Positions 42,395 through 55,940 of a stretch of 64,000 nt of DNA are shown here, in pieces (position 1 is the first letter of the stretch; each line of letters opens with the position of its first letter). The position numbers were made by a program, and so were the translations under genes. The stretch is from Octopus vulgaris (Eukaryota): positions 36,394,001-36,458,000 of the forward strand of contig OX597820.1 of the NCBI GenBank assembly GCA_951406725.2, given 5' to 3'. Below the pieces are notes generated by a model, which saw only the letters and a list, made by a program, of their open reading frames with translations, was not told the DNA's origin and made no database searches.

Positions 42395-42625
42395 TATTAG
42401 TTAGAGGACTGATCAAATAGTAGATCATTATAGAGGATAGAGACTGATCAGATCGTGGGTCAGGATAGAGGATAAATCTGTAGACTGATCAATGGGTTGT
42501 CAATATAGAGAAGAGAGATGGATTAAATGATAGATCAGTGTAGAAGATAGATCAATGTAAAGAATAGAGACAGAATAAGTAGAGGATCAGTGTGGAAGAT
42601 AGAGATGGATTAAATGGTGAAGCAG
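42395..42625. repeat. Degenerate ~35-bp minisatellite (tagaggatagaga..gatca..)
   Basis: About 6 diverged units beginning tagagga/tagaaga. Confidence 0.5.
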
Positions 42626-43155
42626 TTGAAGTTGAAGCAATCATAACATTAATTCATAATCCAGCCAGACAGAGGATCAATGCAGAGAATATAGAATGTA
42701 ATTTAATCAGATGAAGGAACAAAGAGTAGGATATAATAACCCAATTAATCAGATTATCAAAACTACCAAAACTTTATCTTGAAGGAATGAGTCAAGTGTC
42801 TCACTGGAAACAATAGAAATTCTAAGAAGACAGCAATAAATTATACACTTTCACCTGTTTAGTCTATACAGACCAGTTTCACACTTAAAAGTTCAGAGAA
42901 GTTTTATTTTTTGTATTTAAACACCTTACAGGAATGATAGGTCTACAATTTATTTGGAAGAGGAGACACAGACAAATAAACATTGATAAAAATCTATGAA
43001 CTGTGAGTAGAAAATTACGAAAGTAGCAGAAGGGGTGACATAATTCTCTGAAGGGGTAAGCTGGTAAGAGGTAGGGTCAGTGGTGACACCACTGTAGGAC
43101 TCCATCATGTTATCAGGTTGAAAAGTGGGGAAATTAAGGACAAATGTTGACTGAC

Positions 43156-43269
43156 CATCACGTCCAGGGCTAGACCGATTGGAACCAACAGGAGAAACTG
43201 TCGTGCTTGGTTCAGAATCACTAATTCCTGCTGAAGAGCTTGGCTGTGGAATTTGGCGTGGCCGGTAAA
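43156..43269 (-). CDS. SLAIN: SLAIN-like internal exon
   Basis: tttttatcag| YRPRQIPQPSSSAGISDSEPSTTVSPVGSNRSSPGRD(E) |gtcagt; 114 nt, phase 1-1. Confidence 0.8.
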
Positions 43270-43654
43270 CTGATAAAAATAAGACGAAATCAAAACAGGT
43301 AGAGAGCAGCGACTTGGCAAACAGGGTAGTAAATAATTCAATGGAAATGTGTCAAACAGCAAGCCACAATTGAGACAAGGCCATTGGGTTTAATGAAGCT
43401 GTGTGGGGGTTGTTCCAAGCAGCATCCAAAACGTTGAGACAAAGAAACACTGAATATTATAATGACAACAAAAATAATAATACTAACAGTAACAATAATG
43501 CATGTTAATAGGGTACAAACAAGCCAAGACTAGGCATATAGAGAGGCAAGGAAAACAAGGAGGGATAGGTGAAGTTGCATTTAGAAGATGTAGAAATTTA
43601 GGTTCAAGTAGAGGAGAAGTGATAATGCTATTTGCAACACCGACATCAACAGAC

Positions 43655-43897
43655 ACACACATGTGTGTGTATAGGTGTATATATGTATGTATGTATGTAT
43701 ATATGTGTGTGTATGTATATATATCTGTGTGTATATATGTGTGTGTGTGTGTATATATATATATATGTATATATGTGTAAATATATGTGTAGATTTATAT
43801 TTTTATATATATATATGTATGTATGTGTATATATATATATATATGTATATGTGTGTATATATATGTATGTATATGAGTATATATATGTGTGTATATC

Positions 43898-43936
<39 letters not shown>

Positions 43937-43945
43937 ATGTATATG
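43655..43945. repeat. Compound (TA)n/(TG)n microsatellite
   Basis: Direct reading; source of the spurious YI/CV ORFs. Confidence 0.95.
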
Positions 43946-46900
43946 GTCTGTGCGGACATATGTTTCATGCAAGGATGAGGCTCATCTGTCATTGAAAAAA
44001 CCAGCATAACACATTAAAAAGGAAAAAAAGCTAGACTTGTAAATGAGGAATAGCTGCTGTCACTCTTGTGAGTGAGTGTGTATATATGTATGCGTGTTTA
44101 TATATATATATATAATATATATATATACTCACATATATATATATACATGTATGCATATATACATACACTGACATAATGTAGTGAATACAAGTTAGTGCAT
44201 ACAGACATGAGAAAAAACATAATATGCAAAACGTAGAGTATGGGCTACATTTCATTAAAATAGAAAATATATATATATAATTGTGAGCTACACTTTGTTA
44301 TACAACAAATGAAACTGCAGACCAGACAAACCAATTGTTAGTGCAGAAGAAACAATAACAATAACAAGGATCAAAGACCAAATTTTTGGTCAGGAGACAA
44401 AGGACTTCAGTAAGTGAACTTATTAAAATGGTACAAACATTAGAGTAGAGAAAAAGCTGTAAGTAACAAACTGTCAATATTAGAAGAGCAAGGGGTTAGA
44501 GATTTAGAAGACAGAGAAAGAGAGAGGTAAGTAACAAGCAAGAGAGAGAGACAGAGGAGAGAGGTGAAAGGAAATAAAATGCATTAACCATTCTTGAATA
44601 ATGACTTGATTGATTTTTGAGAGACAAACTTCAGTAAAATATTGTCAGGTGGAGTAACAAGTAAGTAATGTTGAACACATGACAGGGATAACATCACCCT
44701 CTTCACACATGTACACATCAGTGTGCATTACACACACACACACACACTGTAGAGTGTCATATATACTTTTTACATACAGAGTGCATGTTACACATACAGC
44801 TACCACACTGAGGAAAGTATTATAAGCAAACAGTTGCACACTATAGAGATAGTGACACTCACGAGTGCACACATATACACACATATCAGAGACAATTTCA
44901 CAAGAGAGAAAGAAAGAGAGAGGCAGACAGACAGACGGATACAAAGACAAAAAACCAGAAATGCATCAAGATGATTCAGCATTCACTTTAGGACTAAGAC
45001 CACCTATGGACATTATGTAAGACTTCCGAGACACAAATAGTGGCTCTAAGGTTAAACTGCTTATACCATTGTTTAGAGTTCAAACCTTATCATGGTTGTA
45101 TATTTTGCTATTTCTAAAATGATTAATACTATGAAGAGTAACCATCTCAACTATGCCAACACTAGCCCGATGTATACAATATGGCCCACTTTATTCAAAC
45201 CCATTTTTATTGTCAACTTTCTGATTCCAAAAGAAGCCTTTACACATTTACTGATCTGCAAGAAATAGCAGCGAAACTTTCCTAAAATCACAGTTTATTG
45301 AATTAACAACTGACGGATTCAAGGAAGAGATGGTGATGACTGAAACAGCTTTAATCAGGGTTAAGCTGTGGTTAAACAATGTTCAGAAACTGAACCCTCC
45401 TGTTTCAGATCTTTCAGAAATGGCCCTCACTACCTATTAACTGCTTTGTCCATGGAGAAAGAGCAATGACTGAAGCTGGGAAACATAGCTCAAACACAGG
45501 CAACAGGATTCACACAGCTAAAGACACCCAAGGACCAGGTGGTGGTATTAAACCAAGTAATAAATTAAGTCTGCCTCTGAAAAATAGGGATTATTTCTGT
45601 CAACCAAATTTCACTCATGTGGCTTTAGTTGACCCATGGATATGGTGTGTTGCACTGTGGGATGAACTTAAAATTACATTGTTGTGAAACAAACTTCTTA
45701 ACTACAAAAGTTATGTCAGCACCCATGTCTGATACTTCCTCCTTCAAGCTCTGTATAAACAGTACTCATCTCATATTCTCCACTACTAATGTAACATGAC
45801 TCCCTCTCTCTTAGCCTCCCATGGTAGATCAACATGAGTCACTTACTGGTAGACTGTACCTATCAATGTTATATCCACATCTACATGTCAACACAGTTTG
45901 ATTTGTGTCTTATGGGATGGTGAAGAATATGGTAGGATAGTCATTCCCCCAGTGGTAATAAATATATAAAAAAAAGCTATACAGAGAAGAAACACGAAGT
46001 CAATTAATTGACAGTGTAACAAGGAGCAGCAACATCACATTTCATACAAGATACACTAGCAGTGTTTAATATACCACACATACTGTTAAGGGGTTACTAT
46101 AAGCAGGAATAAAAAAGTGCAACAAAAATAAAATCAACATAATAATTAATAATAAAATAAAATAAAATAAAATAAAATAAATAATAATGGTTTCAAATTT
46201 TGGCACACGGCCAGTAATTTTTGAGGGAAAAGGGTTGGTCAATGACATTGGCCCCAATACTTAACTGGTACTTTATATTATTGACCCTAAAAAAACAAAA
46301 GGTAAAGTCGATATTGAACATCGTGAGCTGAGACAAATACCTTAATGTTCTAATATTCTTCCAATCAATCCACTGTCTTTGAATAATTTCTTAAATGGGT
46401 ACAAAGCCTACTAGATATTTTGGGGGAAAGCCATATCAACCCTGGATTTGAACTCAGAATGGAAAGAGCTGGAACAAATACCACAGGGCAATTCTGTTCA
46501 ATACTAAATTAGATTCTACTAGCTTGTTGCTCTTATAACAAATAACAATAACTTTACAAAAATATGTATATTAAATATACATATTAGGTGCAGTTCTAGA
46601 TGTGTGGTAAGAAGTTTGCTTTCTAGCCACATGGTCTTGAGTTCAGGTTGTTCCATCGGTTGATCAACTGGAACACTCGCTGCCATAACCAATGGAGTGC
46701 CAGTTATTGACTGACTCTAAGAAACATTTTATCAAACACTAATCCATATCCGGTGTCAGGGAAGAGATTAAAATAGCAGTCAAGACAGACACACTGACTC
46801 AGAAGTTAAAATGCTGGACTACTAACCACAGGCTCATGGGTTCAAACATCACAACTACAGCATTTGTTTGGTCAGCAAGAGCTAAGGCATACAATTATTT

Positions 46901-47285
46901 GCCCCAGTCTGCCTGGTCAACTAACAAGTGTTACCTTTATATTTTGCAGTCCCATGATTAATAATAAGAATATTTAACTCTAAAATCCTTGGTTCCCTTG
47001 TATTATCTTATTGTAAAATTAATGGAAGCTATTACATGCATGGAAAAAAGAACAATAAAACAGAAAGGAAACAATAAAAAGAAAGAAGGAAAAACAATAT
47101 CACTGGTACTAAAAAGATTTGGAAACATTTAATCGCTTCCCTAAAGAGAGATTTACTATTTTAATTTATAGATTTGATAAGCTAGCCAAGTATAACTAGA
47201 TTAGTTTAAGCATTTTAGGGCCCACACTACAACAATTACACAATCTGAAAAAAAAATAGGCTCTCCTGAAGAGGTTCTGTAGATA

Positions 47286-48165
47286 CGTGGTCTGATCAAT
47301 AAGTATCCAGACTGTTGCCATAGTAATGAAGCTAAAGAAAACAGAGAAAAGCCACTTGGCACAGATTGACCTTGAACACTGCAGTCCGTGTGCACTAAGT
47401 TTTAATGTTCTACCTCACTTCTAAGCACTGCTGTAAGCAGTGCTTGGAAGGAAGGTGTGTAACATGTAATCGTTGCATTGACCATGACAGAGAAAGTTGA
47501 GCAGAGAAGCTGCATCAAATTTTGCAAAAAAATTTGGTGATATCTGCTCAGAGGCCTACGCAAAAATTTCAAAAAGTTTTCATCATTCTCAACACAATCA
47601 AGGAGATCTTGTACAATTGAAACCAGAGTGTCTTTTTGGTCAGCTGAAAGCAGTTTTGGGACAAACTTGGCAGGTATGCATCTATACCCAAATCTTCAGT
47701 GATAATGGACTGAACTGTAACTAATCTGCACATCCTCTGATAACTCATGGATGGTGATTCAACGATTTCCCCTCACAATTGCATGCACATCTGCAATGTT
47801 TTTTTTCAGTTCTGCTGGTTGCAGGTGTCCCAGAATGTTTGTCAATATCCATATTTTTTCAGGCATCTTGGAAACGTCTGAACCACTTGTACACTTGTGT
47901 GCAGCTCATACACCCACTTCCATATACTTTCTGCAACATTCGTGCAAGCCTCTGAGCAGGTATCACAATGACAACTTTCTCTGTCATGGTCAATGCAAAG
48001 ATCACACACTACACACCTTCCTCCCAAGCACTACTCAAAACAGCAGAAGTGAGCTACAACATTAAAACTTAGTGTGCATGCACAACAGAGTTCAAGCAGC
48101 TTCACTCTGCATGCTTTAGTTTTGTTACTATAGCAACAGTCCAAATACTTATTGATCAGACTTTG
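47286..48165. mobile_element. Foldback mariner derivative formed of two inverted 5' ends
   Basis: TA-flanked; ggtctgatcaataagtatccagactg / cagtccaaatacttattgatcagac; transposase start MTEKV on both arms; the - arm reads to AKFVPKLLSADQK. Confidence 0.85.
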
Positions 48166-48751
48166 TATTCGCATCAGAACTCTCCAGTTCACCCATCATT
48201 CACGAGAGTGGAGAAAGAAATATAGCCTTGCTGAGGTTGTAGAGAGTCAATGAGACACCATATCACTATCCCCTTCACCACCAAACTATCAAATTAATTA
48301 GGAAAGGTTGGTTACTTAGAAACTTCAATATAGTTAAGAAGTTCTAAGAATGACATGACAGCAAAGGAAGACATGAGCTATAAGAGGAGAAAGAGCTGAA
48401 AGCAGCTGTTTAATCTACTCCCTATTGATATTCAACAGAGATGTCAAGTTGTTCCTCTCAGCTTTCTTCCACTAAGATTTATCATATTAAACAGATCACA
48501 ATGGAATTTCAATGTAGGTTGATAGTCATACCAACAACTAATACAATTTAAAATCCATCACCAACACCTTGAATAACTCATACAATAAAAAATTTAAAGT
48601 TAGTGTAGCTCTGATAAACTCCATTGAATAGTCAAACCACTAGATCCATTCTACACTAAAACTTCCACTGGTGTCTGGTACAACAATACTTTATCAACCT
48701 TCACCCATTGACCATCATGAAGGCAGTTCAAGTCTTCGCCGACTGACTTAC

Positions 48752-48793
48752 CTTTCCTGGGAGAAGACAGAGGTGAAATGCTTTGTCGTAAAC
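48752..48793 (-). CDS. SLAIN: SLAIN-like 42-nt exon
   Basis: tttatttgcag| LRQSISPLSSPRK(V) |gtaagt; completes QEESLRQ; phase 1-1. Confidence 0.88.
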
Positions 48794-48954
48794 CTGCAAA
48801 TAAAGATGTTAATGATATCACTAAGACACATTCAGACTAGAACACAAAGTAATTTATGGTACATCAGATATAGCAATATATCAAATGATACTATAACATA
48901 AGTTTATTTGATACTGTCCAAAACTGATCAGTATTATTTCTCAGAGATATAATA

Positions 48955-49068
48955 GGTTATCACCAAGTGGTTATTACATAAAGAGTTATCACCAAGTGAT
49001 TATTACATAAAGAGTTATTATCAAGTGGTTATTACATAAAGTTATCATCAAGTGGGTATTACATAAAG
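48955..49068. repeat. ~29-bp tandem repeat x4
   Basis: Unit gttatcaccaagtggttattacataaaga, contiguous with no spacers. Confidence 0.9.
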
Positions 49069-50026
49069 ATATTGCTGATATTGTTCTAACAATATATATA
49101 CCATAGACCATGGTGTATTTTCACTGAATGAAAGATACTACATGTGATATCCAATATATACCATAGTAAGTTGGGGGTTTTTTTTTCATTATTATCAAAT
49201 GTGTCATTTCTTTAGAGAGCTGCAGATTAAGAATAAGATTTTGAACCAGATCAACAGTACTATTCCATGTTTAAAACACTACACACAGCTAGCTGTGAGA
49301 ACATAACAGATTTGAATAACAATGTAAAGTGGTAGCATTGTTAAATTGATGAGAATTTTATAGGCTTACTGTGTTCAAGCCTATTTCTAAGTACAACTTG
49401 AAGAGGACAGGTATTGCCAAACTAACTTTCATGATAAAGAGCTCAACCAAGTATTACGTGACCCATTATCACCACTTCTTTACATACTACCTTCCAGGAA
49501 TATTCTGGGTTGATAATCAAACTGTGGTTGATGAGATAACAGAAAAATATCACAAACTAACATATCGTCGCTTAATTTAGCAGATCCTCAACACACCTCA
49601 GTGAATTACTGTCATTGAAGGAAGCTATTACATGGTCACTTGATATGCTTGAGTATGCAATCTGAGCTAAATCTCATTCAAATCACACTAAAAGGACTTA
49701 GATAATGTACTCTGAGATATACCACATTTTCCAGCAGACAAGTCAAATTTTTCAGACCAAAAAATTCCATGTGAAATACAGCAGGAATTGGAAAGGCAGT
49801 GATGATGCTTGAATGTTTACACTATATACTATGCTGATTTGTATATCAGAAAATACAATAAAATCTAGAAAAACAAAGAAGTCAAGATGATCATTGTTGG
49901 AACATTTTAGATCATAGGTCTTCTGGATCGGAACTGACCTGAGATTAAACTATAATAGCTGATAATAAGCAAATGCTGTGTGTTCTACACAGTGCCAGCT
50001 TTTTACCTAGACTGAGTGTGCCCTGA

Positions 50027-50425
50027 TATTGGTTTCAGATTTTGGCACAAGGCCAGTAATTTCAGGAGAAGGGGAAAGTTGATTACATTGACTCTAGTGC
50101 TCAACTGGTACTTAATGTATCAACCCCGAAAGGATAAAAGGCAAAGTCAACCTCAGTAGAATTTGAACTCAGAACCAGAAGACAGATGAAATGCCACTAA
50201 GCATTTTGCCTGGTGTGCTGATTCTGCCAGCCCATCACCACACTGTGCCCTAATATTGGTTTCAAATTCTGGCACTAGGCCAGCAATTTGAGGAGAGAGG
50301 AAAAGTCAACTGGTCTTATTTTATCAACTCCAAAAGGTGGAGCTTGAACTCAGAAAATAAAGACAGACTCAATGCCACTAAGCATTTTGTTCAGCATGCT
50401 AACAATTCTGCCAACTCACAGCCTT
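50027..50425 (-). mobile_element. Two tandem tRNA-derived SINEs (family B)
   Basis: Both match the 56958-57188 family (gaactcagaa, aaaggcaaagtcaacc-type core) with a tail ending ttgtgccaaaatttgaaacc on -. Confidence 0.8.
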
Positions 50426-50537
50426 AGCCAAAACCATAATAATAATAATCATGATAATTACTTAGGTATAAGTCCATATACTTTAAGTAACTAAAAAAAG
50501 CAAGATTATTTAATAATCCAAAAGCAAAATCACTTAC

Positions 50538-50708
50538 TTTCTTCCTGCAATTTAGCCATGTTCTGAATATCTGAAACATCTGGGATACGGTTGGCAACTT
50601 GGCTTTGCGGTTCTGTCTCCTTGTTGGACGTACTTTCTACAGGTAGTAAGCGAAGTGATTCCTTATTTTTCTTAGGTCTAGTGAAAGTGTTTGTGTCAAC
50701 ACGAGTCC
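50538..50708 (-). CDS. SLAIN: SLAIN motif-containing protein, internal exon (most 5' confident exon in the window)
   Basis: ttttcag| TRVDTNTFTRPKKNKESLRLLPVESTSNKETEPQSQVANRIPDVSDIQNMAKLQEE(S) |gtaagt; 171 nt, phase 1-1; resembles the SLAIN1/2 DVQILARMQEESLRQ motif. Confidence 0.88.
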
Positions 50709-51770
50709 CTGAAAAGACAAAAATTGGTTGATATATAAAAGATATGCCAACTTAACTGTAGAATTCACAACCTGGAAGAGGAAACTAACAGAACATTAAA
50801 CAATGAATAGTGAAAACAAGAAACCATTGAAAGAATTCTATCTTCAAATACTGTTTAAATTTTCTGAAGAACACAGCAGGGTATTATGGAGGAAAGTATA
50901 TATATCATTGATTGGAGTGACACACAACCTCCAGCCAATAATATATTATGATGCTGACAAAAGCAATTATATTTTTTTGTCTCTAGAAGAGATGATAAGT
51001 AAAGTTAACTCTGGTGGGATCTAAACAGAAGACCATAGGACAGAAGTAAATACTGCCAGTATTTTACAGTTTTTGCCACATGACTGGGTGCATAAAATTT
51101 GTAGGGAAGAAATTCAAGCTACCATATTGTACACATTACACTCTTGGAGTGGTTGGTGTTAGGAAGGGTATCCAGCCATAGAAACCATGCCAAATCAGAC
51201 TGGAGTCTGGTGTAGCCTTCCAGTTTGCCAGCCATGGTCAAACCGTCCAACCCATGACAGCATGAACAGACGTTAAATGATGATGATGATGATTGTTTCC
51301 AGTATATGACCAGTAGTTATTTTATCAACCCTTAAGGCATAACAGACAAAGACATTCCAAGGGGATGTGAACTGGATTGCCAAAGAATTTGGTTATCCCA
51401 AAGATGATGTTTCACTTCACGCATAATACTTTGAGCTCGGTTATGTGTGTGTGTGTATGTAACATTGTATCTCAAGGCAAATAACAACATTGGCCACAAT
51501 GTGTGTCTATGTAAGTTAGTTTAACTTTAGATATAACACAAAGAAAAGTTAGTTACGTAAATTGATATGAAATATCCAAATACAGGATTGCAGTTTGTAA
51601 CTATATTTATGTAAATGTGAATATTTATGTCTTCAGTACTCTCATACAGACTAACACATGTCCAGAAGTTTTTACAATGTGTAACTGTGCATTTGCCTTT
51701 GTATCAGAAGTGCAGTAAGTGCATAATTAACACATTTCATATCCCTCAAAACCTGTCGGGGAGGGGAGGG

Positions 51771-52145
51771 GGCACAAGCGTGGCTGTGTGGTAAGAAGCT
51801 TGTTTCCCAACCACATGGTTCTGGGTTCAATCTCACTGCATGGCACCTCGGGCAAGTATCTTCTACTATAACCTTGGGCCAACCAAAGCCTTGTGAGTGA
51901 ATTTGGTAGACGGAAACTGAAAGAAGCTCATCGTGTGTGTGTGTACATGTTTCCCCCCCCCCCCACTGTCACTTGACAACTAATGCTAGTGTGTTTATGT
52001 CCCTGTAACTTAGGAGTTCGGCAAAAGGGACCAATACAATAAGTATTAGGCTTACAAAGAATAAGTCCTGGGGTCAATTTGATTGACTAAAGGCAGTGCT
52101 CCAGCATGGCTGCAATCAAATGACTGAAACAAGTAAAAGAATAAA
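51771..52145 (+). mobile_element. tRNA-derived SINE (family A)
   Basis: Near full-length homolog of 32535-32880. Confidence 0.85.
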
Positions 52146-52904
52146 GGAATACACACACACACGATTTTGCTTGGGAATAGTGGTACTAATAACCAGTTGT
52201 TAGAACTCATTACAAAAATATACATATGGTTTAGCAATAAATGAGTACAGTAATAATAATAAAATCCACTTCATTAGCTTACAGATGTTTCTGCTGAAGG
52301 AAGCAGTGCACCTAGAACTGAATGCTTGTGCAACATCTTATAGCTTCATGGGAATCACTAAAATGAAGTATATGTGTATTCTGGAAAGCATTTAAATACA
52401 TACACTTCATTTCAATGGCTCCAACAAAGCTATAAAATGTTGCACAAGTACTCAGCTCTAAGTGTACAGCTTTTCATAGAAGAAACAGCTGCAAGGTAAT
52501 GGAGTTGATTACATGATTCTTGTTCCCTTGTCATTAATTTGTGTGTGTGTATGTGTGTGTAAGGGAGAGTCATTTTTGCCAATAAAAATGCACACCCTGG
52601 TTACATTTTGCTTCTTTATTACCATTAGTCAACTGATTAGCTACTTAACTAATTATTTACTTGATCAATCATTTGAAAAAGCAATCGGTTTGTCAGAGTT
52701 TTATGTTGCCATTTGCAACCTCAACAACAAAGTGCCCTCAATGACCTGTCACAGCCACAAACTAGATTTATGGTGTTTTATCTCAGTATTCATAGTCTTT
52801 GGCTAGTGTGCATGTGTGTCAAACTAACCTTCCTAAGGTATGACACCTATTTCAACATGAAATTTTCAAAACAATTTCTCAAAAGCAATATATATATATA
52901 TATC

Positions 52905-53280
52905 ATAAGAGCACTCAGAGAGTGCACACATTCACCAGTGCAACACCAACATCCTCTCGGCGATTAGCCAGAGACGATTTTTAAAATAAGAATATCTGAC
53001 ATAAACTCTACTGCTCTCACAAATGAGAATACTAAAAATGAACCTGACTGCTCTCAAAAATTAAGTAAAAAAAAAAATGGGAAAAATAATCCAGGATCCT
53101 TGTCCGGTACCAGATTTAACCCAAAATCTAATCAGTTTGTGCCAGTCACAAGGCCAAACATCCTTGAAAGTTTCAATCGAATCCATCCAGCGGTTCTTGA
53201 GATATATTGTCCACAGACAAACAAGCAAACAAACACAACTGAAAACAATACCTCCGCATTTGCTAAGGTTGAGGTAATAA
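52905..53280 (+). mobile_element. Helentron/DINE-1-like non-autonomous element
   Basis: Starts aagagcactcagagag, has an acaaac microrepeat near the 3' end and a terminal hairpin tacctc...gaggta; no TSD. Confidence 0.6.
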
Positions 53281-53479
53281 TAATCCTTGGATGGAATTTA
53301 TAAATATTTTAATGCATCCAAGGATTGTTATTATCATTACTATATTTATCCTATATTATATCAGTACAGCTTGGTGTGACCCCAAAACACCAGTTGGCAT
53401 CATTAAGCAGTAGCTGGCATAATAGGATAGGAGCTTTTATTTGCATATTCAAAACGTATCTCGTAAACAAACTGATAGG

Positions 53480-53485
<6 letters not shown>

Positions 53486-53572
<87 letters not shown>
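53486..53572. repeat. (CA)n(TA)n microsatellite
   Basis: Direct reading. Confidence 0.95.
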
Positions 53573-53575
<3 letters not shown>

Positions 53576-53679
53576 TAGACACTTAGATAAGTCTTGGCTA
53601 GAATTGGCTCAGGCCATGTCTAACTTTATAGCACCACTTGGAAAAGACACTTGATGTTTCCTATTGCAGCTATTCTTTG

Positions 53680-54195
53680 AGCACCATAGCCCATTCAAGT
53701 AAAGTTATTGTTTGCTAAGATATATCTGGATGTAGTTGCTTTAAATGGAATTTGTTGAAGATATTTATCTAGGAACAGTTTGAATGTTATTTTATGTGTC
53801 TTGGCATGATGATAAAGAGAGCAGAGCCAGCTGAGATAAAACAGTTCTGTCTTAGTGCTGTGGTGTGACGTGAGCATGATTTTTGTAGAGGACAGATGGC
53901 ATACAGACCAATCCTCGGGTGAATTTTAAAGTTGATGCCAACATCATTTGGGCAGTGTTGTTAGAATATTTTCCACATCATACAAATGATATAGCTCTCA
54001 TGGCAGTGTTGGAGGGAATTAAGTTTCGGTTTCTGGAGATGATCTCAATAATCAAGACCTGCTATGTCATCTTTTTCCTTTGTGATCGATTTCTGGGGTG
54101 CTTCAAATTTTATAATATTTTGTTTCATGTTGGGAGGCCACAACAGACAGCAGTATTCATGGTGAGGATGGGCAACGGCGGAGAAGAAAGAGAAG
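53680..54195 (-). mobile_element. Degenerate CR1/L2-group LINE 3' fragment
   Basis: HPHHEYCCLLWPPNMKQNIIKFEAPQKSITK..GLDY, parallel to the RPHLEY..WNP..LESVQR motif; multiple stops. Confidence 0.75.
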
Positions 54196-54765
54196 GATAA
54201 CACACACACACACACACACATCTTAATAGCTTGGCCAGCAGAAGAAGGGCAATGTTTCCAACCTATTTCAAAGCCTCTGAGTTTGGTGGGAGGAAAGATA
54301 TTATTTTCAGCCAAGGCAATGGGTAGAGGTGGCATGAGAGAGAGAGTGGGGGAGATGTGTGTCCTAATACAGTTGTGTAATGAAAATAGATGATTATATA
54401 CTGACCTATAAAATAAAGTGAGATATAATTAGAGAGATCTGTAGGAGGTTGAGTTTGTCAGTAATTTAGATATTACACACACCAGCATAGAATCAGCTGT
54501 TAAACTGATGGTGATAATGAGTGTAGCAATAACGCTGTTTCTGTTGTTGATGATAAAATACATGAGTAGCATACCAGACATACTGAAATTGGGTGGACTT
54601 AACATAAGTAAACTTGAACATTATTTTATCAAACGTAATATGTTTAATTTGACAGCATACTACACTTATAGTGTTTAGACTGTGAAATAGATAGAAGTAT
54701 GATAGAATCTTAATAGTATGCTCTGTGTGTCTGCAGACACATACCTATAAATGCATATATATATA

Positions 54766-54922
54766 TCTCTTATTATAAAAGGCAGATTTTATCTGCCTCC
54801 CTTTGGGAGTTATACAAATCTACAATATAGGATTTCTTCAATTACAATTTACCTGGCATTTTTAAGAGTACAATGCATCGCGTCATGCCAGGTCCAGTTT
54901 TTAAAATTTAAACTCCAGCTAG
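54766..54922 (+). mobile_element. Miniature Helitron-like element
   Basis: A|TC start, CTAG|T end, internal hairpins aggcagat..atctgcct and cctggcat..atgccagg. Confidence 0.55.
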
Positions 54923-55563
54923 TATATAATATACCCCACCTTCAACAATTCTCATTATTGCAGCATTTCTCGTAATATTGACACAAAAAAATATCAAGAA
55001 AAGCAGATTAAACAACAATCAATGAAATATATTTGAACACATTACATTAAAATTTGAAACCATAACATAATTAATCCAACATTTATCTTCTAAAACCATC
55101 AACAGCAAAAGCATCATCCATATGCAAGTATAAACAGGAATCATAAACATAGAGAGCAGTTATATGTTCATCATCATTTAATCATCCTTGTCCTATAGTG
55201 GCATGGGTTGGACAGTTTGACAGGACCTGACAGGTCCAAAGACTGCACTGGGTTCTACTGTCTACTATGGCATGGTTTCTACAGTTGGATGCCTTTCCTA
55301 GTGTAAATCACTTGATAGCGTGTAAAGGGTGCCACCAGTACTAATGAAGTCATAACGCAGCTTGCAAGTCAACAAATCCCAAGAGAGGTAGCATTATGCC
55401 AAGAGATGAAACATTAATGTAAGAAAGAAATGCCAGGGCAAAACAAGGACTCCTGCTGTAGAGGGACCATTTAGCTATCCACATCAATAAACATTAAAAT
55501 ATGTGGCTTGGCCTAGTCTTACTAGAGGGAAGAATTAAGTGAAACCATTTGACACAAAATATT

Positions 55564-55718
55564 CTGTGGCTGTGTGGTAAGTTAACTTGCTTACCAACCA
55601 CTAGCTGCTGGTTAGGTCCCACTGCGTGGTACCCTGGGCAAGTGTTTTCTACTATAGCCTCAGGCTGACTAAAGCCTTGTGAGTGGATTTGGTAGACGGA
55701 AACTGAAAGAAGCCCGTC

Positions 55719-55759
<41 letters not shown>

Positions 55760-55940
55760 CACATACATACATAGATAAATATGCATGTATCGCCTGACAA
55801 CTGATGCTAGTGTGTTTATGTACCCGTAACTTAGTGGTTCAGAATAAGAACTAGGCTTACAAAGAATAAGTCCTGGAGTTGATTGCTTGACTAAAGGTGA
55901 TGCTCCAGCATGGCTGCAGTCAAATAACTGAAACAAGAGT
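55564..55940 (+). mobile_element. tRNA-derived SINE (family A)
   Basis: Homolog of 32535-32880 with expanded internal (TA)n. Confidence 0.85.

Noticed and set aside
48955-49068. 29-bp repeats resembling a CRISPR array
   Set aside because: Contiguous units with no spacers, no cas genes, eukaryotic intron
49430-49500. QVLRDPLSPLLYIL resembling the RT QGDPLSPLLF motif
   Set aside because: Isolated short match with no flanking RT motifs recognised
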